Shown: positions 19,320 through 28,175 of the stretch, piece by piece | Layout: each line of letters opens with the position of its first letter | Numbering within the stretch: the stretch's first letter is position 1 | DNA from: an uncultured Muribaculaceae bacterium | GTDB taxonomy: Bacteria; Bacillota_I; Bacilli_A; RF39; UBA660 | Direction: 5' to 3' | Assembly: GCA_964371025.1 (NCBI GenBank) | Contig: CAYJKH010000004.1 | Location: forward strand, 46,448 to 110,447 | Length of the DNA stretch: 64,000 nucleotides | The notes under the pieces: generated by a model | The model's database searches: none | The model's input: the letters and a program-made list of their open reading frames with translations, nothing else | Told to the model about the DNA's origin: nothing | Translations under genes and position numbers: made by a program

Positions 19320-20915
19320 ATGAACGAAAATAATAATTATATATCAACAACAGGAATAACAGAAGAATATGCAAAACAAGCAGAAGACTTTGTAAATTCT
19401 GTTATTAATCAAAATGAACCTGTTAATACTAATGTGTACTCATCAACAACAGGAACATCAGAAGAATATGCAAAACAAGCAGAAGACTTTGTAAATTCTA
19501 TTATTAATCCAGAGTTGGAAACTTCTAAAGAAAATGATGAATTAAACAATAGATATAGTATGAGTAGCCCTATAACTCTGTCAATGTTAATTGATAAGAT
19601 GGATAGTAAAATGATAGAATTATATAATCAATCGGTAGAAGCTACGCTAATTGAAGAAAAGAAAGTACAATATTTTGAAGCGATTGAAAAAGTAGTTATC
19701 AATCGTTTAGAAGAAGCTAAAAAAATAGTTGTTGATTATAATACTGGGGAATCTTATATTTCCAAGGAATTATTTAGAGAAGCTTTAAATATAATTAATT
19801 ATAATGATAATTTAAAAGAAATTGAAAAAGCTTGCGAAGTATACGGATTTGAAAAATATCAAAAAATCAGCTATACGGATCTTATGCAAACTCATGAAAA
19901 ATTAATTAAAGAAGATGTTATTTATAATTCTAATGCTGATAAATTAGAGTATTATGCAGAAGTTTTAGAAAATAAAATAAAAAAAGATGAAGTTGATTAT
20001 AAAGTGTGGACAGCAGGATTAGCTCGAACAACTAGTGATAATAAAGAAAAAGTAAGTATTGCAAAAACTATAAATCCTAATGGTGCTGATACAGTTGATA
20101 ATCCAATTGTACCAGTGGAAGCAAAGCCGATTGTACCAGTATCCTCTAATTTTGAAAAGGTAAATAAAAAAATAGATAAAGATAAAGTAAAACGTATACT
20201 AATAGGAGCGTTGGCAGGAGCTGGATTAAGCTTATTAGTAGGAAGTGTTCCTATTGTTGTTACATCTGCTATTATTTTAGCAACTGGTAAATTTTTAAAA
20301 TCACAAATAAAACCAGAAAATGTTATAGTTTCTATAGAAAATGATGAAAATTTAAAACAAAAATTAAACCATAAACTTCATGATTTTGTTTTAAATGGAA
20401 ATTTAGATAAGACACTGGACTTTGTTAAAGGAGCTGCGATTGGGGCTGCTGCTACGGGAATTATTGAAACAGGAATTCAGCATGCTATGACAAACGGCGA
20501 TAGCGGTTCATCGAGTATATCAGATGTGGTAAACAAAGCAGAAGCAAATTTTTCGAATTTAGAAGTTCCAACAGAACCTTCTAATCCATATGATTCAATT
20601 CAAATAGGTGAGTCTATTGATTCATATAATATAACAGAAGGATATAATTCTTCTAATATGGCAGTTGATGATGTAAATGTAGAATCACTTAATTCAGAGT
20701 ATGTAAATGGAGAAAACAGTGAAATAGGAAGATTTGCTATATTAGATGATGCGGGAAGTGTAGAGCAAATTATTAGTGAAGAAGGAGTTAGTGCTTCTGA
20801 TTTAATTGATCAAGGATATAATCCTGATAATATAGCAATTGATGTTCAAAATACATCGGGTGAATCACAGGCATGGACAAATATTGATCAGTATACTCAA
20901 GGTAAATCAAGATAA
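19320..20915 (+). CDS. Membrane-anchored protein of unknown function with duplicated N-terminal motif
   Basis: GGGGGA RBS. Two copies of STTG..EEYAKQAEDFVNS.IN. Central hydrophobic segments (ILIGALAGAGLSLLVGSVPIVVTSAIILATG, GAAIGAAATGIIETG). Acidic Ser/Asn-rich C-terminal domain. Confidence 0.6.
   Translation: MNENNNYISTTGITEEYAKQAEDFVNSVINQNEPVNTNVYSSTTGTSEEYAKQAEDFVNSIINPELETSKENDELNNRYSMSSPITLSMLIDKMDSKMIELYNQSVEATLIEEKKVQYFEAIEKVVINRLEEAKKIVVDYNTGESYISKELFREALNIINYNDNLKEIEKACEVYGFEKYQKISYTDLMQTHEKLIKEDVIYNSNADKLEYYAEVLENKIKKDEVDYKVWTAGLARTTSDNKEKVSIAKTINPNGADTVDNPIVPVEAKPIVPVSSNFEKVNKKIDKDKVKRILIGALAGAGLSLLVGSVPIVVTSAIILATGKFLKSQIKPENVIVSIENDENLKQKLNHKLHDFVLNGNLDKTLDFVKGAAIGAAATGIIETGIQHAMTNGDSGSSSISDVVNKAEANFSNLEVPTEPSNPYDSIQIGESIDSYNITEGYNSSNMAVDDVNVESLNSEYVNGENSEIGRFAILDDAGSVEQIISEEGVSASDLIDQGYNPDNIAIDVQNTSGESQAWTNIDQYTQGKSR
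19344..19509 (+). repeat. Intragenic direct repeat (2 x 67 bp, 99-bp register)
   Basis: 19344-19410 and 19443-19509 differ at only about 3 positions (TCAACAACAGGAA..AGAAGAATATGCAAAACAAGCAGAAGACTTTGTAAATTCT.TTATTAATC). Confidence 0.9.
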
Positions 20916-20938
20916 TTTTTTAGTGAAAAGGGGAAATT

Positions 20939-21181
20939 ATGAAAGATAAAGTTATATCATTAAATAATGGTAATCAAGTATTTGTAGTAGAAGAAGTTAA
21001 TTACTTAAATAGAAAATTTGCTTTTTGTAATATTATTAGAGACAATAATCCCACAGAACAATATGTTGTTTTAGAAGTTATTGTAGAAAATGATGTTTTA
21101 CAAGTAAGAGATATTCAAGATAAAAATATAATTGATAATGTATCAGTTTTAATAACAAAACAATTACAAAATAGAGCTTAA
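20939..21181 (+). CDS. DUF1292-like small protein
   Basis: 80 aa. GNQVFVVEEVNYLNRKFAFCNII...YVVLEVI..DVLQVRDI follows the same pattern as 19068..19304 and 27084..27317. GGGGAA RBS. Confidence 0.45.
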   Translation: MKDKVISLNNGNQVFVVEEVNYLNRKFAFCNIIRDNNPTEQYVVLEVIVENDVLQVRDIQDKNIIDNVSVLITKQLQNRA

Positions 21182-21187
21182 ATACTA

Positions 21188-21222
21188 TACTCCATCTCAT
21201 AAATGAGGTGGAGTATTTGCTT
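21188..21222 (+). terminator. Rho-independent terminator
   Basis: ATACTCCATCTC (21188-21199) / GAGGTGGAGTAT (21206-21217), one G-U pair, T-rich tail. Confidence 0.65.
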
Positions 21223-21260
21223 ATTATTTTAATATATGAGATAATTATTATGGTGATTAG

Positions 21261-22148
21261 ATGAATATAGAAGATGCTAAAGATGATTTTATAAATTATT
21301 GTGTTTTTGAAAAAGGGTTGGCTAACCATACTAAGGATTCGTATTTAAATGATTTAAAAATATATATTAATTATTTGAAGTCTAAAAAAATAGAGGATGC
21401 GCTTAATATAAGTGTAGATAATATAAAAGATTATTTAAAATATATTAATAATAAAGAAGTATCTACTATTGCACATAATCTTACAGTTATTAAAAGTTTT
21501 CATCAATATTTATATAAAAATAAACTAGTACTTGATGATGTTACTAGTTCAATTAAACAACCTAAATTATTAAAAAAAATACCTAAAACTATTAGTGATA
21601 ATGATATTGAAAAGTTATTAGATATTACCATTGAAAATAATTTTGATATAAGAAATAAAGCCATGTTAGAACTAATGTATTCATCAGGACTAAGAGTTAG
21701 TGAATTAGTGAATTTAGAGTTAAATGATATAAATATTGAAAATAATACTATTTTAATATATGGTAAGGGTAGTAAAGAAAGATTTTCCTTATTTTCAGAA
21801 TATGCAAAGATTGCTCTTTTAAATTATTTAAATATTAGAAATAGTTTATTAAAGGGGAAAATTACATCAAAAGTATTTTTAAATAATCATGGTACTGGGA
21901 TAACTAGACAAGGTTTTTTTAAAATACTAAAGAAATTACTAGAAGAAAAGAATTTAGATAGTAGTATATCTCCTCATACTTTAAGACATTCTTTTGCTAC
22001 TCATTTACTAGAAAATGGAGCGGATTTAAGAAGTATTCAAGAATTATTAGGACATAGTGATATTTCTACTACTAAGATATATACTCATATAAGTGATAAT
22101 AAAGTTAAGGAAGAATATGAAATGTTTCATACAAGATATAAGAGGTGA
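21261..22148 (+). CDS. xerD: Tyrosine recombinase XerD/XerC type
   Basis: Catalytic region HTLRHSFATHLLENGADLRSIQELLGHSDISTTKIYTH. Followed by deoB, as in Bacillus ripX-drm. Ends in TGA. Confidence 0.85.
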   Translation: MNIEDAKDDFINYCVFEKGLANHTKDSYLNDLKIYINYLKSKKIEDALNISVDNIKDYLKYINNKEVSTIAHNLTVIKSFHQYLYKNKLVLDDVTSSIKQPKLLKKIPKTISDNDIEKLLDITIENNFDIRNKAMLELMYSSGLRVSELVNLELNDINIENNTILIYGKGSKERFSLFSEYAKIALLNYLNIRNSLLKGKITSKVFLNNHGTGITRQGFFKILKKLLEEKNLDSSISPHTLRHSFATHLLENGADLRSIQELLGHSDISTTKIYTHISDNKVKEEYEMFHTRYKR

Positions 22149-22153
22149 TTTAA

Positions 22154-23317
22154 ATGTTATATAAAAGAATATTTGTAATAGTCCTAGATTCTTTAGGAGT
22201 AGGAGAGGCACAAGATGCTATTAATTATGGTGATACAGGAGCTAATACTTTAGGAAATATTAAGGCCAACTATGATTTGTTTGTTCCAAACTTAGAAAAA
22301 ATTGGATTTTTAGATACTATTAGTATGAGTGATAATCAAAATGTTGATGCTTATTATACAATAGCTAAACCTAATAACGCTGGTAAAGATAGTATAAATG
22401 GTCATTATGAGATGTTTGGTGTTAAGAATACAATACCATTTCAAACCTATAATAATGGCTTTACGTTTGAAATATTAAACAATATAGAGGAAATTACAGG
22501 TAGAAGAGTTCTTGGTAATAAAAGTGCTCAGCCAATTGATATAATTAATGAGTTAGGAGAAAGACAAGTTAATTATGGATCTTTGATAATATATACTTCT
22601 GCTAATTCAGATTTATCAATATCAGCCCATGAAGATTCTATTCCACTTCCAACACTATATCAATATGCAGAAAGTATTAGGGCTTTAACTTTAACTGAAG
22701 ATTTTAGAATAGGAACAGTTACAGCAAGGCCTTTTACAGGAATTCCTGGTAAATATAAATTAATTAATTCTGCTAAAAGAGAATATTCTCTAAAACCTCC
22801 TGCAAAGTCTGTTTTAGAGTCATTAGTAGAAAATAAGTATAATGTTATCGGAATAGGGAAGATTAATAATTTAATGGCTGGAGTAGGGATAACTAAACAA
22901 ATAAATGCTACTTCTAATGAAGAGGCTATTAATAAATTAAATGATATTATAGATAAAGATTTTACAGGTCTATGTGTTACTAATTTATCAGACTTTGATA
23001 CATATGGACATATGAGAGATTTAGAATCTTATGCTAATAAAATTGAAGAAGTTGATGTAGAAATATCTATGTTATTAAATAAAATAGAAAATGATGATTT
23101 AGTTATTATAACAGCAGATCATGGAAATGATCCAACATTTACTGGAAGTAATCATACTAGAGAAAATGTTCCAGTAATTATATATTCTAGAGAATTTAAG
23201 CATCCTAAAAGACTAAAAGAATTTAATACTTTAGCTAATATTGGTGCAACTATAGCCGATAATTTTAATATAGAACTACCTAAGATAGGTATAAGTATAT
23301 TAGATGATTTAATGTAA
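22154..23317 (+). CDS. deoB: Phosphopentomutase
   Basis: N-terminal VLDSLGVGE and C-terminal ITADHGNDPT metal-site motifs. 387 aa. Confidence 0.9.
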   Translation: MLYKRIFVIVLDSLGVGEAQDAINYGDTGANTLGNIKANYDLFVPNLEKIGFLDTISMSDNQNVDAYYTIAKPNNAGKDSINGHYEMFGVKNTIPFQTYNNGFTFEILNNIEEITGRRVLGNKSAQPIDIINELGERQVNYGSLIIYTSANSDLSISAHEDSIPLPTLYQYAESIRALTLTEDFRIGTVTARPFTGIPGKYKLINSAKREYSLKPPAKSVLESLVENKYNVIGIGKINNLMAGVGITKQINATSNEEAINKLNDIIDKDFTGLCVTNLSDFDTYGHMRDLESYANKIEEVDVEISMLLNKIENDDLVIITADHGNDPTFTGSNHTRENVPVIIYSREFKHPKRLKEFNTLANIGATIADNFNIELPKIGISILDDLM

Positions 23318-23320
23318 AAA

Positions 23321-23352
23321 AAAGAACCCTATATATAACGAGGTTCTTTTTT
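23321..23352. terminator. Terminator hairpin between deoB and the convergent HTH gene
   Basis: AAAGAACC (23321-23328) / GGTTCTTT (23342-23349) with a T-run. The loop is about 13 nt. Confidence 0.55.
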
Positions 23353-23399
23353 AATTAATAATTGAAAGTTAACATAATATCAATTATAGGAAGTTGTAA

Positions 23400-24167
23400 T
23401 TATACTTTTCTAGATTGTATTTCTGCTATTTTTTCAAATACTTCTTTGGCATTATCATCAGTTATTTTATTAAAACCTAATTCTCTTAATGCTAATACTT
23501 TAACTGTATTTAATTCCTGAGTACGAGATAAAATTTCTTCTTTTTTCTGTTCAATATCTTCTACAAATCTTTGATGAGATTCTTTTACTTTATCTTTTTT
23601 TAAAGCTGTACCATCATTAAACATAGTTATGGCACTAAATAAGATACTTTCAAATCTATATTGCTTATCTTCATCATATTCAAATTCTAAAGGATTAGTA
23701 TGTCCTAAAGACTTAGATACATATGCTAGAATATATTTTAATTCTACATTAGTCTCCATAGCTTGAATAAAGTGGTATAAGAAGTTATACGTTGTATATG
23801 TTTCATCTGATGAATCATTAATAAGTTTTTCTTTTAAAATATTTATTAAATCTGTAAATAGGGCTTGTTCTTTCTTATTAACTCCCCTCATATCACAAAA
23901 TAAATCACGAGAAGAATCATTAACACCTTCTTTTAATCTTTTTTCAACTTCAATGATATAATCTCCACTTAAGTTAATATTTTTAATATCATTAATGGCC
24001 TCTAAATTTAATAAACTAAGTAATTTAACCGCTTTTTCTTTAGGCCAATCATTCATATTATCAATTGCTAAATAATTGTATAACATTTGTCTTGAAACTC
24101 CTAAATATTTAGCTAGTCTAACCTTACTAATTCCCAGTTCTGTTAATAAAACATTTAATTCTTTCAT
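23400..24167 (-). CDS. XRE-family helix-turn-helix protein with an uncharacterised C-terminal domain
   Basis: N-terminal HTH LTELGISKVRLAKYLGVSRQMLYNY. AGGAGGG RBS. 255 aa. Confidence 0.65.
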   Translation of the reverse strand: MKELNVLLTELGISKVRLAKYLGVSRQMLYNYLAIDNMNDWPKEKAVKLLSLLNLEAINDIKNINLSGDYIIEVEKRLKEGVNDSSRDLFCDMRGVNKKEQALFTDLINILKEKLINDSSDETYTTYNFLYHFIQAMETNVELKYILAYVSKSLGHTNPLEFEYDEDKQYRFESILFSAITMFNDGTALKKDKVKESHQRFVEDIEQKKEEILSRTQELNTVKVLALRELGFNKITDDNAKEVFEKIAEIQSRKV

Positions 24168-24189
24168 AACATCTACCCTCCTAATAATA

Positions 24190-24218
24190 ATTTTACCAAT
24201 CTAATGTCAAGTAGTCAA
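24190..24218 (-). promoter_or_regulatory. Putative sigma-A promoter of the HTH gene
   Basis: On the minus strand: TTGACT (24218-24213), 17-nt spacer, TAAAAT (24195-24190), about 20 nt upstream of the RBS. Confidence 0.4.
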
Positions 24219-24287
24219 GTAAGTATTTGTATAATGTTTTACATTTTTTAACAAACTAATAACTTAGGAGGCTATTCCCCTACTCTT

Positions 24288-24533
24288 TTACTTAAATACC
24301 ATAAATAATATTATCTGAGTAATAAATATTAGTGGAATTATAAAATTAAACTTGATTTTCTTAATTTTATGTCTACTAGTAATCATACCCATTATAACTC
24401 CAAGAGAACCTCCCAAAATAGATAATATTATAAAAGTCTTTTCAGATATACGTCTTTTCTTATAAATAGCTAGTAGTTTATCTAAAATCATCAAAAGAAA
24501 AGAAAAGAGATTAATTCCTATAATAAATACCAT
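24288..24533 (-). CDS. DUF1294-family membrane protein
   Basis: 81 aa with the pattern DK..A...K.RISEKTF..LS.LGGSLG...GM....HK. Overlaps the mnmA 3' end by 16 nt. Confidence 0.6.
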   Translation of the reverse strand: MVFIIGINLFSFLLMILDKLLAIYKKRRISEKTFIILSILGGSLGVIMGMITSRHKIKKIKFNFIIPLIFITQIILFMVFK

Positions 24534-25627
24534 AGTTTTTTACCTTCTTTTCTGACTTCTTTAATAATTCCACCACCTATACATATATCATTATCATATA
24601 ATACACAAGCTTGTCCTGGAGTAACTGCTTTTACATCATCATAAGTTACTATTATTTCATTTTCTTTATATTCAATATTTACTTTAATATCTTCTTGTCT
24701 ATATCTAAATTTTGCAAAACATGATGTTGGTCTTAAATCACAATTAAAATTTAAACTATCTACTACACAACTAGTAGAATATAAATACTTAGTATCATCT
24801 CCTAATGATACATAAAGAATATTTTTTTCTAAGTTTTTACCAACTACAAATAATTTATCGATAGTTCCACCTACATTTAAACCTTTTCTTTGCCCTATTG
24901 TATAATACATTAATCCATGATGTTTACCAAGAATAGTAGAAGTATCTATATCAACAATATCACCTTCCATGTTAGGTAAATAATTAGTTAAAAATTGTTT
25001 GAAGTTTCGTTCTCCAATAAAACAAATCCCAGTTGAATCTTTTTTATTATATGTTATTAAGTCATTATCTTCTGCTATTTTTCGAACCTCACTCTTTTTT
25101 AAATTACCAAGCGGGAATAAAACATTTTCCAATTGTTTTTGACTTACTTGGGATAAAAAGTATGATTGATCTTTATTATTATCAATAGCCTTTTTTAAAT
25201 AACCATCTTCTAATTTAACATAGTGTCCTGTTGCAATAAAATCAGCATCTAACTCGATTGCTTTTTTCGTAAAATAATCAAATTTAATATACTTATTACA
25301 CATAATATCTGGATTAGGGGTTCTTCCTTTATTTAATTCATCCAAGAAATACTTAAATACATTATCCCAGTATTCTTCCACAAAATCTACTCGATGAAGG
25401 GGAATATTTAATTTGTCACATACTGTTTTAGCATCATTATAATCTTGTTCTTGAGGACATATATCCTCATCTAGGGTTGGATTACCTAAATAGTCACTAT
25501 TAGCTGTAGAATCCCAATTACGCATGAATAAACCCTCTACAGTATAGCCTAAATCAATTAATAGTTTCGCTGCAACAGAAGAGTCTACTCCTCCACTCAT
25601 TCCGATAATTACTTTTTTATTTTTCAT
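24518..25627 (-). CDS. mnmA: tRNA 2-thiouridine(34) synthase
   Basis: PP-loop GMSGGVDSS, conserved CNKYIKF and GICFIGE segments. GGGTGA RBS favours ATG at 25627 over 25645. Confidence 0.9.
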   Translation of the reverse strand: MKNKKVIIGMSGGVDSSVAAKLLIDLGYTVEGLFMRNWDSTANSDYLGNPTLDEDICPQEQDYNDAKTVCDKLNIPLHRVDFVEEYWDNVFKYFLDELNKGRTPNPDIMCNKYIKFDYFTKKAIELDADFIATGHYVKLEDGYLKKAIDNNKDQSYFLSQVSQKQLENVLFPLGNLKKSEVRKIAEDNDLITYNKKDSTGICFIGERNFKQFLTNYLPNMEGDIVDIDTSTILGKHHGLMYYTIGQRKGLNVGGTIDKLFVVGKNLEKNILYVSLGDDTKYLYSTSCVVDSLNFNCDLRPTSCFAKFRYRQEDIKVNIEYKENEIIVTYDDVKAVTPGQACVLYDNDICIGGGIIKEVRKEGKKLWYLL

Positions 25628-25735
25628 ATTTATCACCCTTTTCATTTTTAAATTATATCATTATTTTTATTATGTCGCAATTAATTCATATTTACTTTTA
25701 CTAGTATTTATTTTATAATTAAGTTGAGGTGAAGT

Positions 25736-25822
25736 ATGAGTAATAAATTTATTAAAATAGTTACTATTCTTGTTTTATTATCAATGGTAGCTGGACTATT
25801 TACAGTCGTGTTTATGTTTTAA
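25736..25822 (+). CDS. Possible 28-aa hydrophobic micro-protein
   Basis: GAGGTGA RBS 5 nt upstream of the ATG. MSNKFIKIVTILVLLSMVAGLFTVVFMF* forms one TM helix. No other support. Confidence 0.3.
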   Translation: MSNKFIKIVTILVLLSMVAGLFTVVFMF

Positions 25823-25841
25823 AATCTATTTATAGATTTTT

Positions 25842-26141
25842 TTATTTGTCTAAATATACCTCAAGTTCTGGTATAATCGTTTTAGTTATACTATTATTAC
25901 CATACTTATTAACTATATCATTAATTCTGCTAGTATCTTTTGTACTATATAAAAGAAGTAATCCCGCTATTCTTGATGCCATATATTCTTCAAGTTCTTT
26001 TATTTCTTTAGTAGATATTTTGTATTTTTGTTTTATATCTTTTATAGGACTATTATTATATAAGTAATTAGTTAATGAATTACTAACTAAATTCACATAT
26101 TTATCATTATCTTTTAACTTTATTTTACTCCACACTTTCAT
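25842..26141 (-). CDS. Hypothetical protein (99 aa)
   Basis: GAGGTGA RBS precedes the internal ATG at 26141 (MKVWSKIKL...). No family recognised. Confidence 0.5.
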   Translation of the reverse strand: MKVWSKIKLKDNDKYVNLVSNSLTNYLYNNSPIKDIKQKYKISTKEIKELEEYMASRIAGLLLLYSTKDTSRINDIVNKYGNNSITKTIIPELEVYLDK

Positions 26142-26217
26142 ATATATCACCTCAAAATATGATATATATAATAACATAAAAACCTTATAAATAAAAGAAA
26201 AAGATGTGGATACATCT

Positions 26218-26538
26218 TTATTTTTTCACTAAAGTTTTACAAGTTCCATTAACTCTATTAATTTCAGCACTACGTTTACTTCTTGATACATTTTTATTAT
26301 TTTCTTCCAATATAGTAGTTAAAGCTTCAAGTTTTTCTTTATTTTTATATTTATCATCATTAATACTATAATATCCCCATTCTGTTACAACAAAATTAAT
26401 AGTACCATCATTTACTGATGAATAGTTTCCATAAACTTTTTTTGGTTCCTCCTTTTTCATATAAAAAAGAACTGTAGGAAGAATATTAATAATTTCATTT
26501 TTTACATCAGTGGTTAGTTCATATCTTTCAAAATTCAT
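26218..26538 (-). CDS. Hypothetical protein (106 aa)
   Basis: AAAGGAGA RBS. No family recognised. Confidence 0.5.
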   Translation of the reverse strand: MNFERYELTTDVKNEIINILPTVLFYMKKEEPKKVYGNYSSVNDGTINFVVTEWGYYSINDDKYKNKEKLEALTTILEENNKNVSRSKRSAEINRVNGTCKTLVKK

Positions 26539-26598
26539 AAAATCATCTCCTTTGTATGTATTTTAACACTATTATAAAATAAAATAAAGAAAAATTCT

Positions 26599-27033
26599 TT
26601 ATTTTATTTTAGGAGAAGAAATAGATTGAGGCTTTAAATTAATAATTTTTTCATGATTTATTTTTTGTTTAGAATTTTCTAAAAGTTCCTTAATAGAAAT
26701 AGTATCTTTATCATTATCCATTGAAATATATGATGTAGCACCAATTATAAGAGCAATCCCAGTTGCTATGGTACGTTCTATTAGTTTTTTTCTACGTAAT
26801 TTTTCTATTCTTAATATTGACCTTAATACTCCATCTTGATATTTTCTTGAATTAATTAATTCTTCTGGATCAATATACTCATCATTGTTTGTAATAGGAT
26901 TAATTCTTTCTTGGAATATAAATTCTTCTTCTGTAGTTATTTTTTCATTATTAAGTTTTTTTCTAGCTATATTATTTTTTGTAGTTAATTTAGCAAATAT
27001 TTCTTCTTCAGTAAGTTCGTTTTTAATCATCAA
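26599..27033 (-). CDS. Single-pass membrane protein of unknown function (144 aa)
   Basis: AAGGAG RBS. Cytoplasmic N-domain, basic stretch RIEKLRRKKLIER, TM IATGIALIIGATSYI, short C-terminal tail. Confidence 0.5.
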   Translation of the reverse strand: MMIKNELTEEEIFAKLTTKNNIARKKLNNEKITTEEEFIFQERINPITNNDEYIDPEELINSRKYQDGVLRSILRIEKLRRKKLIERTIATGIALIIGATSYISMDNDKDTISIKELLENSKQKINHEKIINLKPQSISSPKIK

Positions 27034-27083
27034 ATCTTTCTCCTTTCGTATAGTTATTCATTAAAAAAGATGATAACTCATCT

Positions 27084-27317
27084 TTACGCTAACTTTTTTG
27101 CATATTCTAAGAATACTATTTGTAATTCTTGTTCAGTTTTTACATCTTCTAAAGTATTATTTTCAGTATTTATTTTTCTTACAATTAACTCTTCTTCGTC
27201 TTCACTATAAGATAAAAATAAATATTTACTACCTCTAACTTCAATTGAATCAATTTCATAATACTTTTTATTATTTATTTCATATACATTTACTTCAACA
27301 TATTCTTCTTCGTTCAT
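27084..27317 (-). CDS. DUF1292-like small protein
   Basis: AAGGAG RBS. VYEINNKKYYEIDSIEVRGSKYLFLSYSEDEEELIVRKI...EDVKTEQELQIVFLEY fits the DUF1292 pattern best of the three paralogues. Confidence 0.5.
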   Translation of the reverse strand: MNEEEYVEVNVYEINNKKYYEIDSIEVRGSKYLFLSYSEDEEELIVRKINTENNTLEDVKTEQELQIVFLEYAKKLA

Positions 27318-27328
27318 ATTAATACTCC

Positions 27329-27862
27329 TTATTTACCTCTAATGATCGTTTCACCTTTTTCTTGATTATCTTTATCAATTGAGTCATAGTGTTCTTGTTG
27401 CATTTGCATAAGAGCAGCATCGTCTAGATTTTTTTGATTTTGACTTTCTTCAAGGCTTTGTTCAATTTTATTTTGATTTTGGATATTTTCGAACATTTCT
27501 GCTTGTTTTTCTAAATCTTTAATATCTTCTGAATTTAACCAAGAAGTTACAGTAACTAGTCCTCCTGCTATAATTATACCAGCAATTATTTTGGCAATCT
27601 TTCTAGCTCGGTTACGTTGCATTTCAAGTTTAGCTTTTTTTATTTTTGTCTTTTTAAGTAGTTCTTGATCTTTTTTAAATTTATCAAAAGTATAGGGTTC
27701 TCCTACATTATTTAGTTTTTCTGTTTGTTTATTATTATAATCTATAATTGGTTTTAAAAATTCATTAATTTCTTTTTGTTCTTGTTCTGTTATCTTTTTT
27801 CTGCTTTCTTCATTAAAGCTATTACCGAAATTAGCTATTTGTTCTTTTTCATTTAGTCCCAT
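27329..27862 (-). CDS. Single-pass membrane protein of unknown function (177 aa, coiled-coil-like)
   Basis: AAAGGAA RBS. Basic stretch KIKKAKLEMQRNRARK, then TM IAKIIAGIIIAGGLVTVTSWL, then DLEKQAEMFENIQNQN, which resembles the repeat motif of the 531-aa protein. Confidence 0.55.
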   Translation of the reverse strand: MGLNEKEQIANFGNSFNEESRKKITEQEQKEINEFLKPIIDYNNKQTEKLNNVGEPYTFDKFKKDQELLKKTKIKKAKLEMQRNRARKIAKIIAGIIIAGGLVTVTSWLNSEDIKDLEKQAEMFENIQNQNKIEQSLEESQNQKNLDDAALMQMQQEHYDSIDKDNQEKGETIIRGK

Positions 27863-27935
27863 ATGATTTTCCTTTCAATTATACTAATATAGTATAATAC
27901 ATAACTTTAATTGTCAATTATATAGCAAAATATTA

Positions 27936-28175
27936 CTATTTACTTGACTCTTTTATATTAAAATCTTCAAGTTTATTGTCACTATTTACTAATTTAACAA
28001 TTGTCTCTTCTGCTGCTTTTAATTTTTTATCACATATATTTGATAATTCTATAGCTTTATTAAATTCTTTTATAGCATCATCTAGTAAGACTTCTCCTGT
28101 TTCAAGTTTTTTAACAATTACTTCTAATTCTTGAAGTGCTTCTTCAAAGCTTAATTCATTATTTATTTTACTCAT
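27936..28175 (-). CDS. xseB: Exodeoxyribonuclease VII small subunit
   Basis: 79 aa. FEEALQELEVIVKKLETGEVLLDDAIKEFNKAIEL is the canonical XseB helix pair. Immediately follows xseA with a 1-nt overlap. Confidence 0.9.
   Translation of the reverse strand: MSKINNELSFEEALQELEVIVKKLETGEVLLDDAIKEFNKAIELSNICDKKLKAAEETIVKLVNSDNKLEDFNIKESSK

Noticed and set aside
21261-22148. Tyrosine recombinase as the integrase of a mobile element covering the neighbouring unknown genes
   Set aside because: The sequence and the xerD-deoB synteny match the chromosomal dimer-resolution recombinase. There are no flanking direct repeats, tRNA target, excisionase or phage/ICE genes nearby.
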